Source: Candidatus Oxydemutator sp. (GTDB lineage Bacteria > Pseudomonadota > Gammaproteobacteria > Poriferisulfidales > Oxydemutatoraceae). From it: DNA of 64,000 bases. Under the pieces are notes generated by a model that was not told the origin of the DNA, ran no database searches, and saw nothing but the letters and a program-made list of their open reading frames with translations. The stretch is from contig OZ241883.1 of the NCBI GenBank assembly GCA_965203445.1, forward strand, positions 448,001-512,000, given 5' to 3'. Positions 27,092 through 37,319 of this stretch are shown piece by piece. The position numbers and the translations under genes are program-made. Positions within the stretch are counted from its first letter, which is position 1. Each line of letters begins with the position of its first letter.

Positions 27092-29527
27092 ATGCCGAGC
27101 AGAATTGTCGATCTAATAAAAAAATGGGCGAACTGGCTGTGGTGCCGAATATCCGCCACTACTGATAGCGGTGATGGCGACAAGCCTGTTCCGCCAAATA
27201 ACGATGTATCCAGTCAGCCGGAAGGTGTTGGACAAGATCGCATCGAGCCATATTCTGATGGTCCCGAGAAACCACTTGACGAGAATCAACGGACAGAGAA
27301 CAAAAATGAGCAGGCGTCTGGCGACGGAAAAACACCCCAGAGTTCTCCTGCGTCAAATAAGCAATCAGGGCTTCCCGCTACCGATACTGATAGCGGCAAG
27401 CCTGTTCCGCCGAATAACGATATATCCAGTCAGCCGGAGGATGTTGAACAAAATCGCATCGAGTCATGTTCTGATGGTCACGAGAAACAACCCGACGAGG
27501 ATCAACGGACAGAGGACAAAATTGAGCGGGCATCTGGCGACGGAATAACGTCCCAAAGTTCTCCTGCGTCAAATAAGCAGTCAGGCCTTTCCGCTACCGA
27601 TGAGGATGACTCCGACTCTTATGATCATGAAAAGCCTGAACTGGCAGGAAACGACAAACCCGTTGGCAGGCAATCCAAGCCTCCCAGAGAAATACCCGCG
27701 AGACGAGGGCGGGAAAGAGGCACCTCGTCCCGGAAGGAAAAGGGAGAACCAAAGAAATCTTCCCCTGGCCCCCGAGCACAACTGATATGCATAGAAAAAG
27801 AACAGCGCTGGGGGCTGTACTTATCTGCGGATGAGGAATGCCCAATAGCAAAAGTTCGGCAAGGAAACGAACCTCTGGCCAGTGCAGGAGGTGAATGGAG
27901 TATTCTATCCTTCCGTGGCAGCTTGTCCATCACCTATGAGGATGGAGAACGTCACGAGATTGAGCTATTCAATGATAGACCGCTGGTCTTCAAATTCCAA
28001 GGCGGATGGCAAGGCACAGGCCACAAAGTCAAATACATCACGAGCGGCCATTTCATCGTCATCGTGCCGCAAGAATGGCATCGCAGAGGGAACGTCCCGG
28101 TCGAACAGGATGGGTGCACGGACTCCGGGTTCATTGCACACTACTTCTCTCGTGGGAGAGAAGACTCATCCGAAGATGCAGGCGGTTTCGGGGAATATGC
28201 CGGCCCATTGACGAAATCCAGCTTCACATTGATCGGGAATCGTATCTTCGACAACTCCGATGAAGGCGAACTGTTCGGCGGCCCGGTTCTGGAGCTGAAC
28301 CTCGCTTCTGAGGTCGAGTGGGTGCGAGTCGGCGAGGAAAGAGATGGCGGATGGCCGGGCGACAACTTCAAGCCGGACAAACCTCTTGCAGAGGTCCTGA
28401 ACGGCCGACAGGGGCGATTCTTCGTTCGTGTGTACGACGATGATACCAAACGGCTGGACAGTGACGAGTTTCGATATTTCGCCAATCTTCAAAAAATCCT
28501 TGTGGATGGCGCGCCCTACAGTGAAACTTCGCTGCTCATTCCGTCTTCGACCGGCCATTCTCCGACGGAAGTGCAGCTCATCGGCACCGAGGATTCCCTC
28601 ATTCTCCCAAAATTGGAGACAGATGAGGCCTGGACAACCGTACGGCCGGACGGCACCGTTGTTGTCAAACCGCATCCAGACGGCGATCATGTTTCTTGTA
28701 AGCTGGAGTCCGATAAGGGCAGCGTCCGGGTGGAAATAAAGCTCCCCCGCATCTGGTGGCGGTTGAGCCAACGCGGGGAACAATCCGAAGACTGGCACAG
28801 CGTACCATTCGAGGTGACGCGCCAGGGATTCAGGGACCGTGCCGAACGGGACGAGGCTATTTGGCTGCGGTTGCCGCTACGTATCGCTTCCGTCAAGGCA
28901 GGATTCGACGAAGAAACAGATCGAAAGTACCGCTCTGACAAGAAGGGAGAAGATGTCGAGATTCCCTTGCTCGATTTTCTCGACTACCGGCAGATTGACC
29001 AACGGCTGAACGCGGACACTTCGCTTAATATTGAAATTGGCGAACAAGTGTTGGCACTTATCCAGGTTTCCAGTGATCCGGTGCCAACGATCCTCTCATT
29101 TGCGTGTGAACCGGAGGCCATCAACGAGGGGGATGTGGCGACCTTGTCCTGGGAAACTCAGGACACGGAACCCGAAGGCGTAACAATCGAACCCGAAATC
29201 GGGTCGGTGAAACCAAATGGCAGCCGCACTGTTTCGCCGAACGAGACCACAACTTATACGCTGAGATTGACGGCTGCCAATATGGATGACGTGACAAAAG
29301 ACGCGACCGTGACGATTCATCGGGAAGCACCGCACGGAACACCACCGGAAGCCATGGTCAAGTGTCGGAGTGGATGGCGACGAGGCAAGGGCTTCAGCCG
29401 GCGCGAACTGCGCGCCGCAGGTCTGGCACCAGAGAACGACGCGCGGGGTTTCATTCCTGTCGACCGCCGCCGACGGAGCATGCATCCGGACAACGTAGCA
29501 ACACTCAGGAGGTTGACTGATGCCTGA
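27092..29527 (+). CDS. Large hypothetical protein: acidic tandem-repeat N-terminus, unknown core, Ig-like domain, C-terminal eL13-like motif
   Basis: 811-aa ORF whose end overlaps the helicase start by 8 bp. PTILSF..ATLSW..VTI..IGSV..GSRTVSP..TTTYTL is Ig-like. The C-terminus reads RGKGFSRRELRAAGL...IPVDRRRRSMHPDNVATL. Confidence 0.8.
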   Translation: MPSRIVDLIKKWANWLWCRISATTDSGDGDKPVPPNNDVSSQPEGVGQDRIEPYSDGPEKPLDENQRTENKNEQASGDGKTPQSSPASNKQSGLPATDTDSGKPVPPNNDISSQPEDVEQNRIESCSDGHEKQPDEDQRTEDKIERASGDGITSQSSPASNKQSGLSATDEDDSDSYDHEKPELAGNDKPVGRQSKPPREIPARRGRERGTSSRKEKGEPKKSSPGPRAQLICIEKEQRWGLYLSADEECPIAKVRQGNEPLASAGGEWSILSFRGSLSITYEDGERHEIELFNDRPLVFKFQGGWQGTGHKVKYITSGHFIVIVPQEWHRRGNVPVEQDGCTDSGFIAHYFSRGREDSSEDAGGFGEYAGPLTKSSFTLIGNRIFDNSDEGELFGGPVLELNLASEVEWVRVGEERDGGWPGDNFKPDKPLAEVLNGRQGRFFVRVYDDDTKRLDSDEFRYFANLQKILVDGAPYSETSLLIPSSTGHSPTEVQLIGTEDSLILPKLETDEAWTTVRPDGTVVVKPHPDGDHVSCKLESDKGSVRVEIKLPRIWWRLSQRGEQSEDWHSVPFEVTRQGFRDRAERDEAIWLRLPLRIASVKAGFDEETDRKYRSDKKGEDVEIPLLDFLDYRQIDQRLNADTSLNIEIGEQVLALIQVSSDPVPTILSFACEPEAINEGDVATLSWETQDTEPEGVTIEPEIGSVKPNGSRTVSPNETTTYTLRLTAANMDDVTKDATVTIHREAPHGTPPEAMVKCRSGWRRGKGFSRRELRAAGLAPENDARGFIPVDRRRRSMHPDNVATLRRLTDA
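27161..27602 (+). repeat. Two ~216-bp (72-aa) in-frame tandem repeats
   Basis: caagcctgttccgcc at 27181 and 27397; KPVPPNND.SSQPE...QSSPASNKQSGL.ATD occurs twice. Confidence 0.92.
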
Positions 29528-32500
29528 CGCAAACGACATCGAACGGTGGACCGAAATGATCCGCCAACGGTACGAGAACTACCTGAAGACGTCCTTTTAC
29601 TTCAAGGATGGCAACCTTCGGGACTCGTTCCGGTCTGCTCTGCAAGAAGGCGGCAGCCTGCTGAAGGGGCCGTTTCCCGAACCGGCGCGCGGCTTCAAGA
29701 AGGGTATGCATGCAAGGAATCTGGCACAGAACTGTTTTCCCAAAAAGAGTGAGGAGGTTCTTCCTGCGCTACTGATTGATAAACATGACTACCAGTTGTA
29801 CGTCCATCAGGAACGCGCGATACGCGCTGTACACCTGGATCGGCAAAACATCGTCGTCGCTACCGGCACCAGCAGCGGAAAGACGGAAAGTTTTCTTTAT
29901 CCCATCCTGTTCGAGCTGTTCCATCAGTACCTCACAGACAAACTGCGGGAACCGGGTGTGCGGGCTTTGATCCTGTATCCGATGAACGCGCTTGCCAACG
30001 ATCAGCGTGAACGCCTTGGGGGTATCTGCCAGGAGCTGGCCGATGCAGGATCGGCATTTCGCCCGACCTTCGGGCAATACATCGGCCAGACACCCGAGGA
30101 CGAAAAGGACCACCGGCGCAATGCCACGGCGTGGGAGGAAAGACGACTCCCTAGTGAGCTCGTCTTTCGTAAGGAAATGCGGGACACTCCGCCCCACATT
30201 CTGCTTACCAACTACTCTATGCTGGAGTACCTGCTGATTCGTCCCGACGACAGTCCACTCTTCGACGGAGATCGGGGTACACACTGGCAGTTCATCGTGT
30301 TGGACGAGGCACACCAGTACCGGGGTGCCAAAGGCATGGAGATGGGCATGTTGATCCGGCGCCTCAAGCAACGGCTGCGTGACGGCGGGCGGAAGGAAAC
30401 TTTCCGCTGTATCGCCACCAGCGCAACCATTTCGTCCGGCGAAGACGAGAAAGATAGACAAGCAGTCGCGCAGTTTGCAAAATCGCTTTTTGGAGAACCG
30501 TTCTCGGCATCCGGCATCATCTTTGGAGAGGCGGAACAACCAAGCGCGGACGAATCGCCACGCCGCTACCATGCCTTTCTACGCTCGCTCGAAGGCGCGT
30601 TTTTGGTTCATAGAGACGGTGCGGACGCTGTCGTGCTCAATCGAAAAGGTGTAGCAGAAAGCGATTCGACCTCAGAACCTTTGGAGATCGCACTGTGCCG
30701 CGAGTGTGGACAGCACTACTACGTTGGCCAAGAGCAGGGCGGAAAGTTGCAGGAGGCCGTACGGGACCCCAGCCAGTCGAACTTCGGCGTGGAATACTAC
30801 CTGCCGTCGGAGGATGGAGATCATCTCCTTTGCAGGCGTTGCGGGATGCTTTCCATGTCGAAACCGGCATGCGATTGCGGCGTATCGGTTCACGTCAAGC
30901 AGTGCCAACCCCACCAAGAGCATGCCGACCAGTTAAAGCAATGCGAGACGTGCGGGTATCAGCGCGGCGGCATCGGCGATCCCGTGCAAGAGATCGTCCA
31001 CGGCTCCGATGCGCCCAATGCCGTCATTGCGACCGCGCTCCACGAACTCTTGCCCGAGGACCGGCGCAAAGTGCTGGCTTTTGCCGACAGTCGCCAAGAG
31101 GCCGCATTCTTTGCGTGGTATGCCGAGGACTCCTACGCAAAGCTACGCGACCGCAATCTGATGTTTCGCGCGATGAAAGCGGGACCAATCGATCCGGAAG
31201 GCTTATCCATTGACGACCTCAAAAACCGGCTACATAAACAGTGGGAAGAGGCTGGCTTGTTCGATGAGCCAGATGCCAGGGAGAGCAATGACCGAAAAGT
31301 GCTGATGTCGATCCTCCGCGAAGCGGTGACGGACGAGCGGAGGTTGTCTTTGAGTGGGGTCGGTCTGGTCAGGTGGTCCATCAAAATTCCTGACGACGTG
31401 GAATTACCCTTGGCAATGCAGCCACCTTGGAATCTGACAGAGGATGAAACACGTCGTTTGCTCGGGTATCTTATGGATGAATTGCGAGTTCGCCGTGCCA
31501 TGAATCTACCGGAAGGCCCTGGGGTGCCGGGATGGAGTGACGTATCGACTCGGAATCAACAAGCATACTGTCAGGGAATGCCGGGCAATAGGAGAAACGT
31601 TCGAAAATGGGGCGGTCCCCAATCCACAATCGTCAGCCACTTCCTTCGCAGGCTCCTGACGGACAGCAATCTTTCAGATGACAAGAGACGGTCAGCCTCC
31701 ACCGAACTCATGAAGAATGTCTGGCAGACTTTGCGCAAGCGCGACGGTGAACGCGGCACGGCTGATTGCATTCTTTCCAGTACAAGCATCAATGGAGCAT
31801 TTCGTCTCAACCCGCGCTGGCTTCGAATACAGCTGGCTGCATCAGGCGAAATCTGGGAATGCGATACCTGCGCAAGCCTGACCGCCCATAACGTGCGCAA
31901 AGTTTGTCCTCGGAATAAATGTCCCGGAAAACTGGAACCTGCCGACCAATCGCGCCTCCGGCAAAATCACTATCGAATCCTCTACGAAAGTGCCGACTTG
32001 CCAGCCGCATTGTATGCGGAGGAGCACACGGCGCAGATCGAAAGTGACGAAGCACGCAAAAGACAGGATCGGTTCAAAGACGGAAAAACGCATTTGCTCA
32101 GTTCCTCGACGACGTTCGAGGTCGGCGTCGACCTCGGTGATTTGGAGGTCGTGTTCCTGCGCAACGTCCCACCGGAACCGTTCAACTATACCCAGCGCGT
32201 CGGGCGAGCCGGACGCCGCGAGACACCGGGATTGGCGGTCACCTATTGCCGCCGCAACCCGCACGACCTCTACCACTTCAAGAGTCCGGAGGAACGGGTC
32301 ATAAAGGGCAAGGTGCGACCACCACGGTTGCAAATGACGAACATGAAAATCGTGATCCGACACATGGTCGCCGCAGCTTTGTCGACATTCTTTAAGGAGA
32401 ATAGTACGCGCTTCGCAAAGGTAGAGGCGTTCGTTGGAAATTGGGCGACCCCCTCCGCCGTTTCCGACTTGAAACGATTCTGCAAAAACAATGCTGAATT

Positions 32501-33779
32501 AAGGAACACGCTTCGCCAGATCGTGCCGAAGAACATGTACCAGGACACGGGGCTTGTCGGCGACGACTGGATTGACAACGTTGCGGGACCGAAGAGCCGT
32601 TTCGCCGATATGGAAGAGGAAGTGTGTGCGGATTACCAAGCAATGAAGACGGCTAAGGACTCTCTTATTGAGCGGCAGCCCCGGGGGTGGACTGAAAAAG
32701 TGAAACAGTTGGAAAGTCGGATGGAGACCATCGCCGGCGAACAGACGTTGCAGTTCCTTTCTCGAAAAGCGGTAATCCCAAAATATGGGTTTCCGGTTGA
32801 TGTCGTCGAACTCGATACGCGTCCGCAAGATGGCAAGCCGACAGGTGTCTCGCTCCAGCGGGACCTGTCCCAGGCCATTGCCGAATACGCACCGGAAGGA
32901 AAGGTCATCGCCAACAAGCTTGAATGGCAGTCCTATGGTATCAAAGCGATCCCTGAAAAAGCATGGCCCGTCCGACACTATGAATATGATGAAGCACGGA
33001 ATTTCAGACAATGGATTGAAGGCGACCCGGGGGCTTCCCCTAATAGCCGGAAATACCTTTCTCCTATATTTGGTTTCGTGACCCAGCTTTTCAAGCAGCC
33101 CAAGAAGCCCCGTGGGCGGGCGCGACGCCTGTACACAACACGACCGTTTTTCCAAGGATTCGGAGGCGATAGCCAGCCCGAAAGCAAGACCATCCTCGGC
33201 GTGCAAGTCACCAAAGCGACGCCGGGAACTCTGGTCATACTCTGCGAAGGCAGGAACAAGAAAGGTTTCTGGATATGCCGTTCTTGCGGTGCCCACATGG
33301 CGGAACCAGCAGACACGCACAATTCCCCCTCGAACTCCACCTGCCGAGGCACACTCGCACGGTTCTCGCTTGGGCACGAATTGGTGACAGATGTCGTGCG
33401 TTTGCAGTTTCCGCAACTGATTGAGGAGTGGCACGCATACTCCGTTGCATACGCCGTTCTACTCGGTGCGGCGGAAACGTTGGATGTTCCGAATACCGAT
33501 CTGAACGTGACAATCACTGGTAGCGGCAGTCGGGATGAGTCCGCGGTAGTGTTGTACGATAACGTTCCCGGTGGAGCCGGACTGGTCGCGCAATTGGAGG
33601 AAGCCAACGTTTTCGAGGAAGTCCTCGAAAACGCACGAAAGCGCGTTCAGGGAAACTGCGGTTGCGATTCCAGTTGCTACGGCTGCCTGCGCAGCTACCG
33701 CAATCAGTTTGCGCACCCGTATCTGCAAAGGCAGACAGCACTGGAATTTCTCTCAAGGCCAGGGTTACCTGGTTTGTGA
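29520..33779 (+). CDS. SF2 DEAH helicase with C-terminal DUF1998 (DruE/Hrq1-MrfA-like)
   Basis: TGTSSGKT, YPMNALANDQ, TNYSMLEYLL, DEAH, TSAT, FADSRQEAA, TTFEVGVDLG, QRVGRAGR, several CxxC pairs, YDNVPGGAG...CGCDSSCYGCLRSYRN. Confidence 0.93.
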   Translation: MPDANDIERWTEMIRQRYENYLKTSFYFKDGNLRDSFRSALQEGGSLLKGPFPEPARGFKKGMHARNLAQNCFPKKSEEVLPALLIDKHDYQLYVHQERAIRAVHLDRQNIVVATGTSSGKTESFLYPILFELFHQYLTDKLREPGVRALILYPMNALANDQRERLGGICQELADAGSAFRPTFGQYIGQTPEDEKDHRRNATAWEERRLPSELVFRKEMRDTPPHILLTNYSMLEYLLIRPDDSPLFDGDRGTHWQFIVLDEAHQYRGAKGMEMGMLIRRLKQRLRDGGRKETFRCIATSATISSGEDEKDRQAVAQFAKSLFGEPFSASGIIFGEAEQPSADESPRRYHAFLRSLEGAFLVHRDGADAVVLNRKGVAESDSTSEPLEIALCRECGQHYYVGQEQGGKLQEAVRDPSQSNFGVEYYLPSEDGDHLLCRRCGMLSMSKPACDCGVSVHVKQCQPHQEHADQLKQCETCGYQRGGIGDPVQEIVHGSDAPNAVIATALHELLPEDRRKVLAFADSRQEAAFFAWYAEDSYAKLRDRNLMFRAMKAGPIDPEGLSIDDLKNRLHKQWEEAGLFDEPDARESNDRKVLMSILREAVTDERRLSLSGVGLVRWSIKIPDDVELPLAMQPPWNLTEDETRRLLGYLMDELRVRRAMNLPEGPGVPGWSDVSTRNQQAYCQGMPGNRRNVRKWGGPQSTIVSHFLRRLLTDSNLSDDKRRSASTELMKNVWQTLRKRDGERGTADCILSSTSINGAFRLNPRWLRIQLAASGEIWECDTCASLTAHNVRKVCPRNKCPGKLEPADQSRLRQNHYRILYESADLPAALYAEEHTAQIESDEARKRQDRFKDGKTHLLSSSTTFEVGVDLGDLEVVFLRNVPPEPFNYTQRVGRAGRRETPGLAVTYCRRNPHDLYHFKSPEERVIKGKVRPPRLQMTNMKIVIRHMVAAALSTFFKENSTRFAKVEAFVGNWATPSAVSDLKRFCKNNAELRNTLRQIVPKNMYQDTGLVGDDWIDNVAGPKSRFADMEEEVCADYQAMKTAKDSLIERQPRGWTEKVKQLESRMETIAGEQTLQFLSRKAVIPKYGFPVDVVELDTRPQDGKPTGVSLQRDLSQAIAEYAPEGKVIANKLEWQSYGIKAIPEKAWPVRHYEYDEARNFRQWIEGDPGASPNSRKYLSPIFGFVTQLFKQPKKPRGRARRLYTTRPFFQGFGGDSQPESKTILGVQVTKATPGTLVILCEGRNKKGFWICRSCGAHMAEPADTHNSPSNSTCRGTLARFSLGHELVTDVVRLQFPQLIEEWHAYSVAYAVLLGAAETLDVPNTDLNVTITGSGSRDESAVVLYDNVPGGAGLVAQLEEANVFEEVLENARKRVQGNCGCDSSCYGCLRSYRNQFAHPYLQRQTALEFLSRPGLPGL

Positions 33780-33814
33780 AGCGTCAAATTGATACAAAAC
33801 AGCACTATTCACTA

Positions 33815-33930
33815 TTCTCCCTTGCCTCTGGGTGAGGGCCGTTTGAGGGCCGTTGCATAACCTTCTCACCCTCACCCGGCCTGCGGCCACCCTCTGCCGT
33901 CCCTTGCTCCCTCTCCCGGAGGGAGAGGGT
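33815..33930. repeat. Palindromic repeat-family copy between convergent helicase and hsdR
   Basis: ccctcacccggcctgcggccaccctct and ccctctcccggagggagagggt units. Confidence 0.75.
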
Positions 33931-33931
33931 T

Positions 33932-36900
33932 TTATCGGGAGGTGCTCCAGTCGTCGGCGAAGAGTTCGGCTTGTTGCAGGATGTTGTCGGTCGCCGTTTC
34001 CTGCCCGTCGGGCGGGTAGCCGTATTTTTTCAACAGTCGCCGGACGATGTTTCTCAGTCTGGCGCGCACGTTTTCCTTTATCGTCCAGTCTATCGAGGCA
34101 TTCTCCCGCACCCGTTGCACCAGGATTTGTGCGAGTTCCCGCAGGGTCGCATCGCCCAACACCTCCATGGCGCTTTCGTTCATCGCCAGCGCGTCGTAAA
34201 ACGCGACCTCGTCGGGCGACAGCCCCATGCCGCCGGCTCTTTCGTCGGCAGTTTTTATCTCCTTCGCAAGTTCGATCAGTTCCTCGATGACCTGCGCCGT
34301 GGTCAGCAGGTTGTTCCGGTATTTTCTGATCGCCGCGGCCAGCATCTCGGAAAACTTTCTGCTCTGGACGAAGTTCTTTTTCGTCCGGGTTTTTATCTCG
34401 TCGCTCAGGATCTTCTTCAGCAGTTCCAACGCGAGGTTGCGGTGTTTCAGGCCCCGGATCTCGGCCAGGAAGTCGTCGGAAAGAATGGATATGTCCGGCT
34501 TTTTGATGCCGGCGGCGTCGAACACGTCCATCACGCCGTCCGCCACCAGCGCCCGGTCCACTATCTGCCGGATCGCGGTCTCGATCTCGACGCTGCCGCC
34601 GCCGCCACTCCGTGACTCGAACTTGGTCAGGCGCGCTTTTATGGCCTGGAAAAACCCGACGTCCGCCTTTATTTCGAGCGCCTTGGGATGCGGCACCGCA
34701 AGCGCGAACGCCTTGCCGAGCAGCGTCACCTCTTTGACAAACCTTTCCTTGCCGTTCTCCAGGCCGAGGATACGTTCGGCGCCCTCCAGAATCAGCCTCA
34801 TCTTCTCGCCGGTGCCGGCGGCGAAGTATCCGCGGTAGTCGAACTTGTCGAACATCGCGTCGACCACTTCGTGTTTCTCCAGCATCTGCTCGACCGCCCG
34901 TTCCTGCGCGAGCGCCGGCGTCCCGCGCACGTCGTTTCTGGTGTACTCCGCGAGCGCGTGCTTCAAGTCCGACACAATGCCGATGTAGTCCACCACCAGG
35001 CCGCCGGGCTTGTCCTTGAACACCCTGTTGACGCGGGCTATCGCCTGCATCAGGTTGTGGCCGCGCATGATCTTGTCGACGTACATCGTGCTCAGGCACG
35101 GCGCGTCGAAGCCCGTCAGCCACATGTCGCACACGATGACCATTTGCAGCGGATCATCCGGGGCTTTGAAGCGTTCGCCGAGCGCTTTTCTCTCCTGCTT
35201 TGTGGTCACGTGCCTCTGCCACTTGGCGGGGTCGCTCGAGGCAGCGGTCATGACGACCTTTATGCGGCCCTTGTCTCTGGCGTCGTCGTGCCAGCGCGGG
35301 CGCCGCGCGATGATCGCGTCGTAGAGGGCGACCGCGATGCGGCGGCTCGTGGCGACGATCATCGCCTTGCCTTCGACGGCTTCGCGCCTCGCCGCAAAGT
35401 GTTCGAGCAGGTCCTCGACGACCTTCTGTATGCGCTGCTCGTGGCCGACGATGGCCTCCTGCCGCGCCCATTTGGCCTTCGTTTGCTCGGTCGCCGTCGC
35501 CTCCTCGCTTTCGGCGACGCTCTCGATCTCGGCGTCCAGCCGCTCCCGCTCCTCGTCTTTCAAATGCACCTGCACCAGGCGCGACTCGTAGTAGATCGGC
35601 ACGGTCGCCCCGTCCTCGACCGCCTGCTCGACGTCGTACACGTCTATGTAATCGCCGAACACCTTGGGCGTCGAGGCGTCCTCCTTCTCAATCGGCGTGC
35701 CGGTGAAGCCGATGAAGGAGGCGCCGGGCAGCGCGTCTCTCAGGTATTTGGCGAAGCCGTAGTTTGTCCTCACCCCGTCCTTGACAAAGAACGTTCTGGC
35801 GCCGAACCCGTATTGGCTGCGGTGCGCCTCGTCGGCGATGACGACGATGTTTCTCCGTTCCGAGAGCAGCTCGAAAACGTCGCCGCCGTCGTCGGGCAGG
35901 AATTTCTGGATGGTCGAAAACACGACACCGCCGCCCGCGGTTTTCAACAGGCGCTTCAAGTCGGCGCGGCTTTGCGCCTGCTTCGGTTCCTGCCTGAGCA
36001 GGTTTTTGCCGGCGACGAAGGCGCCGAACAACTGGTCGTCCAGATCGTTGCGGTCGGTGATCACGACGATGGTGGGGTTTCCCATCTCGCGGCTGGCCAC
36101 GAGCAACCCGGCGTAGAACACCATGGACAACGACTTGCCGCTGCCCTGCGTGTGCCAGACCACCCCGGCTTTGCGGTCGCCCTCGGGCTGGTCGCGGACG
36201 TCCGGCAGGCCGTACGCCGCCGGCTTTTCCTTTATTTGCCCGCGCCCGCGCGCCGCCCGCAGCGTGGATCGGACGGCCTCCTTCACCGCGTGATACTGAT
36301 GATACGCGGCGATCTTCTTGACCGTCGCAATCGTCGTCTGACCGGTTTGTGCATCGGTAACTTTCTCTCTATCGAAGATCGTAAAGTGGCGGATGAGATC
36401 GAGCAGCACGTCCGGCCTGAGCATTCCCCGGACGAGAGTTTCTATCTGGGGCACGGTCGCGGCGTCTTCCATTCTTCCGTCCACCGTCTTCCACGCCATG
36501 AAACGGTTCCAGCCGGAAGTCAGCGAACCGGCCGCGGCGTTCAGACCGTCCGATGCGACCAGCACCCCGTTGTAGCAGAACAGGCCGGGGATGGTTTGCC
36601 TGTAGGTTTGCAGCTGATCAAACGCCTTGCGCACCGTCGCGTTTTCGTCCGCCGGGTTTTTCAACTCGATGACCGCCAAAGGCAGGCCGTTTATGAAGAG
36701 GACCAGATCGGGGCGCCTGGTTACGTTGTTCTCCGTCACCGTGAACTGGTCGCAGACGACGAGGTCGTTGTTCAACGGCTCCTCGAAATCAATCAAATGT
36801 ACTCTGGCGCCGGCCGTCTCGCCGTTCTTCTGATACTCCTCGGCGACGCCGTCGGTCAACATCCGGTGGAAGGCTTCGTTGCTTGCGGCCAGATTGCGTC

Positions 36901-37123
36901 CGGACAAGGCGATCACCTGGCGCACGGCCTGCTCCCCGACCGCTGCCGGAACCTTCCGATTGAGATTGACGACCGCATCCCGGAGGCGCCCGCGCAGGAC
37001 GACATCGGTGACGTGCTCCCTCTCGGCCTCCTGCCGTTGCCGGGAGAGATGCGAGTAGCCCTGCTCTGTAAGCAGCGCTATCGCGTGCCTTTCGACGTCC
37101 GACTCGTACATGGCGGCGGTCAT
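33932..37123 (-). CDS. hsdR: Type I restriction enzyme R subunit
   Basis: PD..INGLPLAVIELK nuclease motif, WHTQGSGKS, DEAHRSQY, FTGTPI, MWLTGFDAP, QAIARVNR. Confidence 0.97.
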   Translation of the reverse strand: MTAAMYESDVERHAIALLTEQGYSHLSRQRQEAEREHVTDVVLRGRLRDAVVNLNRKVPAAVGEQAVRQVIALSGRNLAASNEAFHRMLTDGVAEEYQKNGETAGARVHLIDFEEPLNNDLVVCDQFTVTENNVTRRPDLVLFINGLPLAVIELKNPADENATVRKAFDQLQTYRQTIPGLFCYNGVLVASDGLNAAAGSLTSGWNRFMAWKTVDGRMEDAATVPQIETLVRGMLRPDVLLDLIRHFTIFDREKVTDAQTGQTTIATVKKIAAYHQYHAVKEAVRSTLRAARGRGQIKEKPAAYGLPDVRDQPEGDRKAGVVWHTQGSGKSLSMVFYAGLLVASREMGNPTIVVITDRNDLDDQLFGAFVAGKNLLRQEPKQAQSRADLKRLLKTAGGGVVFSTIQKFLPDDGGDVFELLSERRNIVVIADEAHRSQYGFGARTFFVKDGVRTNYGFAKYLRDALPGASFIGFTGTPIEKEDASTPKVFGDYIDVYDVEQAVEDGATVPIYYESRLVQVHLKDEERERLDAEIESVAESEEATATEQTKAKWARQEAIVGHEQRIQKVVEDLLEHFAARREAVEGKAMIVATSRRIAVALYDAIIARRPRWHDDARDKGRIKVVMTAASSDPAKWQRHVTTKQERKALGERFKAPDDPLQMVIVCDMWLTGFDAPCLSTMYVDKIMRGHNLMQAIARVNRVFKDKPGGLVVDYIGIVSDLKHALAEYTRNDVRGTPALAQERAVEQMLEKHEVVDAMFDKFDYRGYFAAGTGEKMRLILEGAERILGLENGKERFVKEVTLLGKAFALAVPHPKALEIKADVGFFQAIKARLTKFESRSGGGGSVEIETAIRQIVDRALVADGVMDVFDAAGIKKPDISILSDDFLAEIRGLKHRNLALELLKKILSDEIKTRTKKNFVQSRKFSEMLAAAIRKYRNNLLTTAQVIEELIELAKEIKTADERAGGMGLSPDEVAFYDALAMNESAMEVLGDATLRELAQILVQRVRENASIDWTIKENVRARLRNIVRRLLKKYGYPPDGQETATDNILQQAELFADDWSTSR

Positions 37124-37130
37124 TTCATTC

Positions 37131-37319
37131 TATCGTTCGCACAGAAAAGCAGAACTTCGTTCATCATCCCACAGACGCGCTGGCGTTGGAGTGATAGGCG
37201 TTTTCCGGCGTTTGTGCCTCGTCAATCAAGGCCAGCAGGGATTCCTTGCCGATTTTGAGGGAGGCGTATTCCCTCAGCAAACACTGGATTCTGCCGCGAC
37301 GGGACAGAGAGGTTGGCAT
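37131..37319 (-). pseudogene. Degenerate, internally deleted copy of the fic gene at 25326-26204
   Basis: 37183-37300 resembles 26068-26185 (gcctcgtcaatcaaggccagcagggattccttgcc identical) and 37131-37167 resembles 25736-25772. The Fic motif is absent. Confidence 0.8.

Noticed and set aside
29351-29527. eL13-like segment as archaeal contamination or a real ribosomal protein gene
   Set aside because: It is the in-frame C-terminus of a larger ORF overlapping a helicase in a bacterial context, with no other archaeal genes nearby.
21841-33779. Calling a canonical Druantia type I or III system
   Set aside because: druBCD are not recognisable, druA is on the opposite strand in another operon, and I cannot verify the 811-aa protein as DruH without a profile search.
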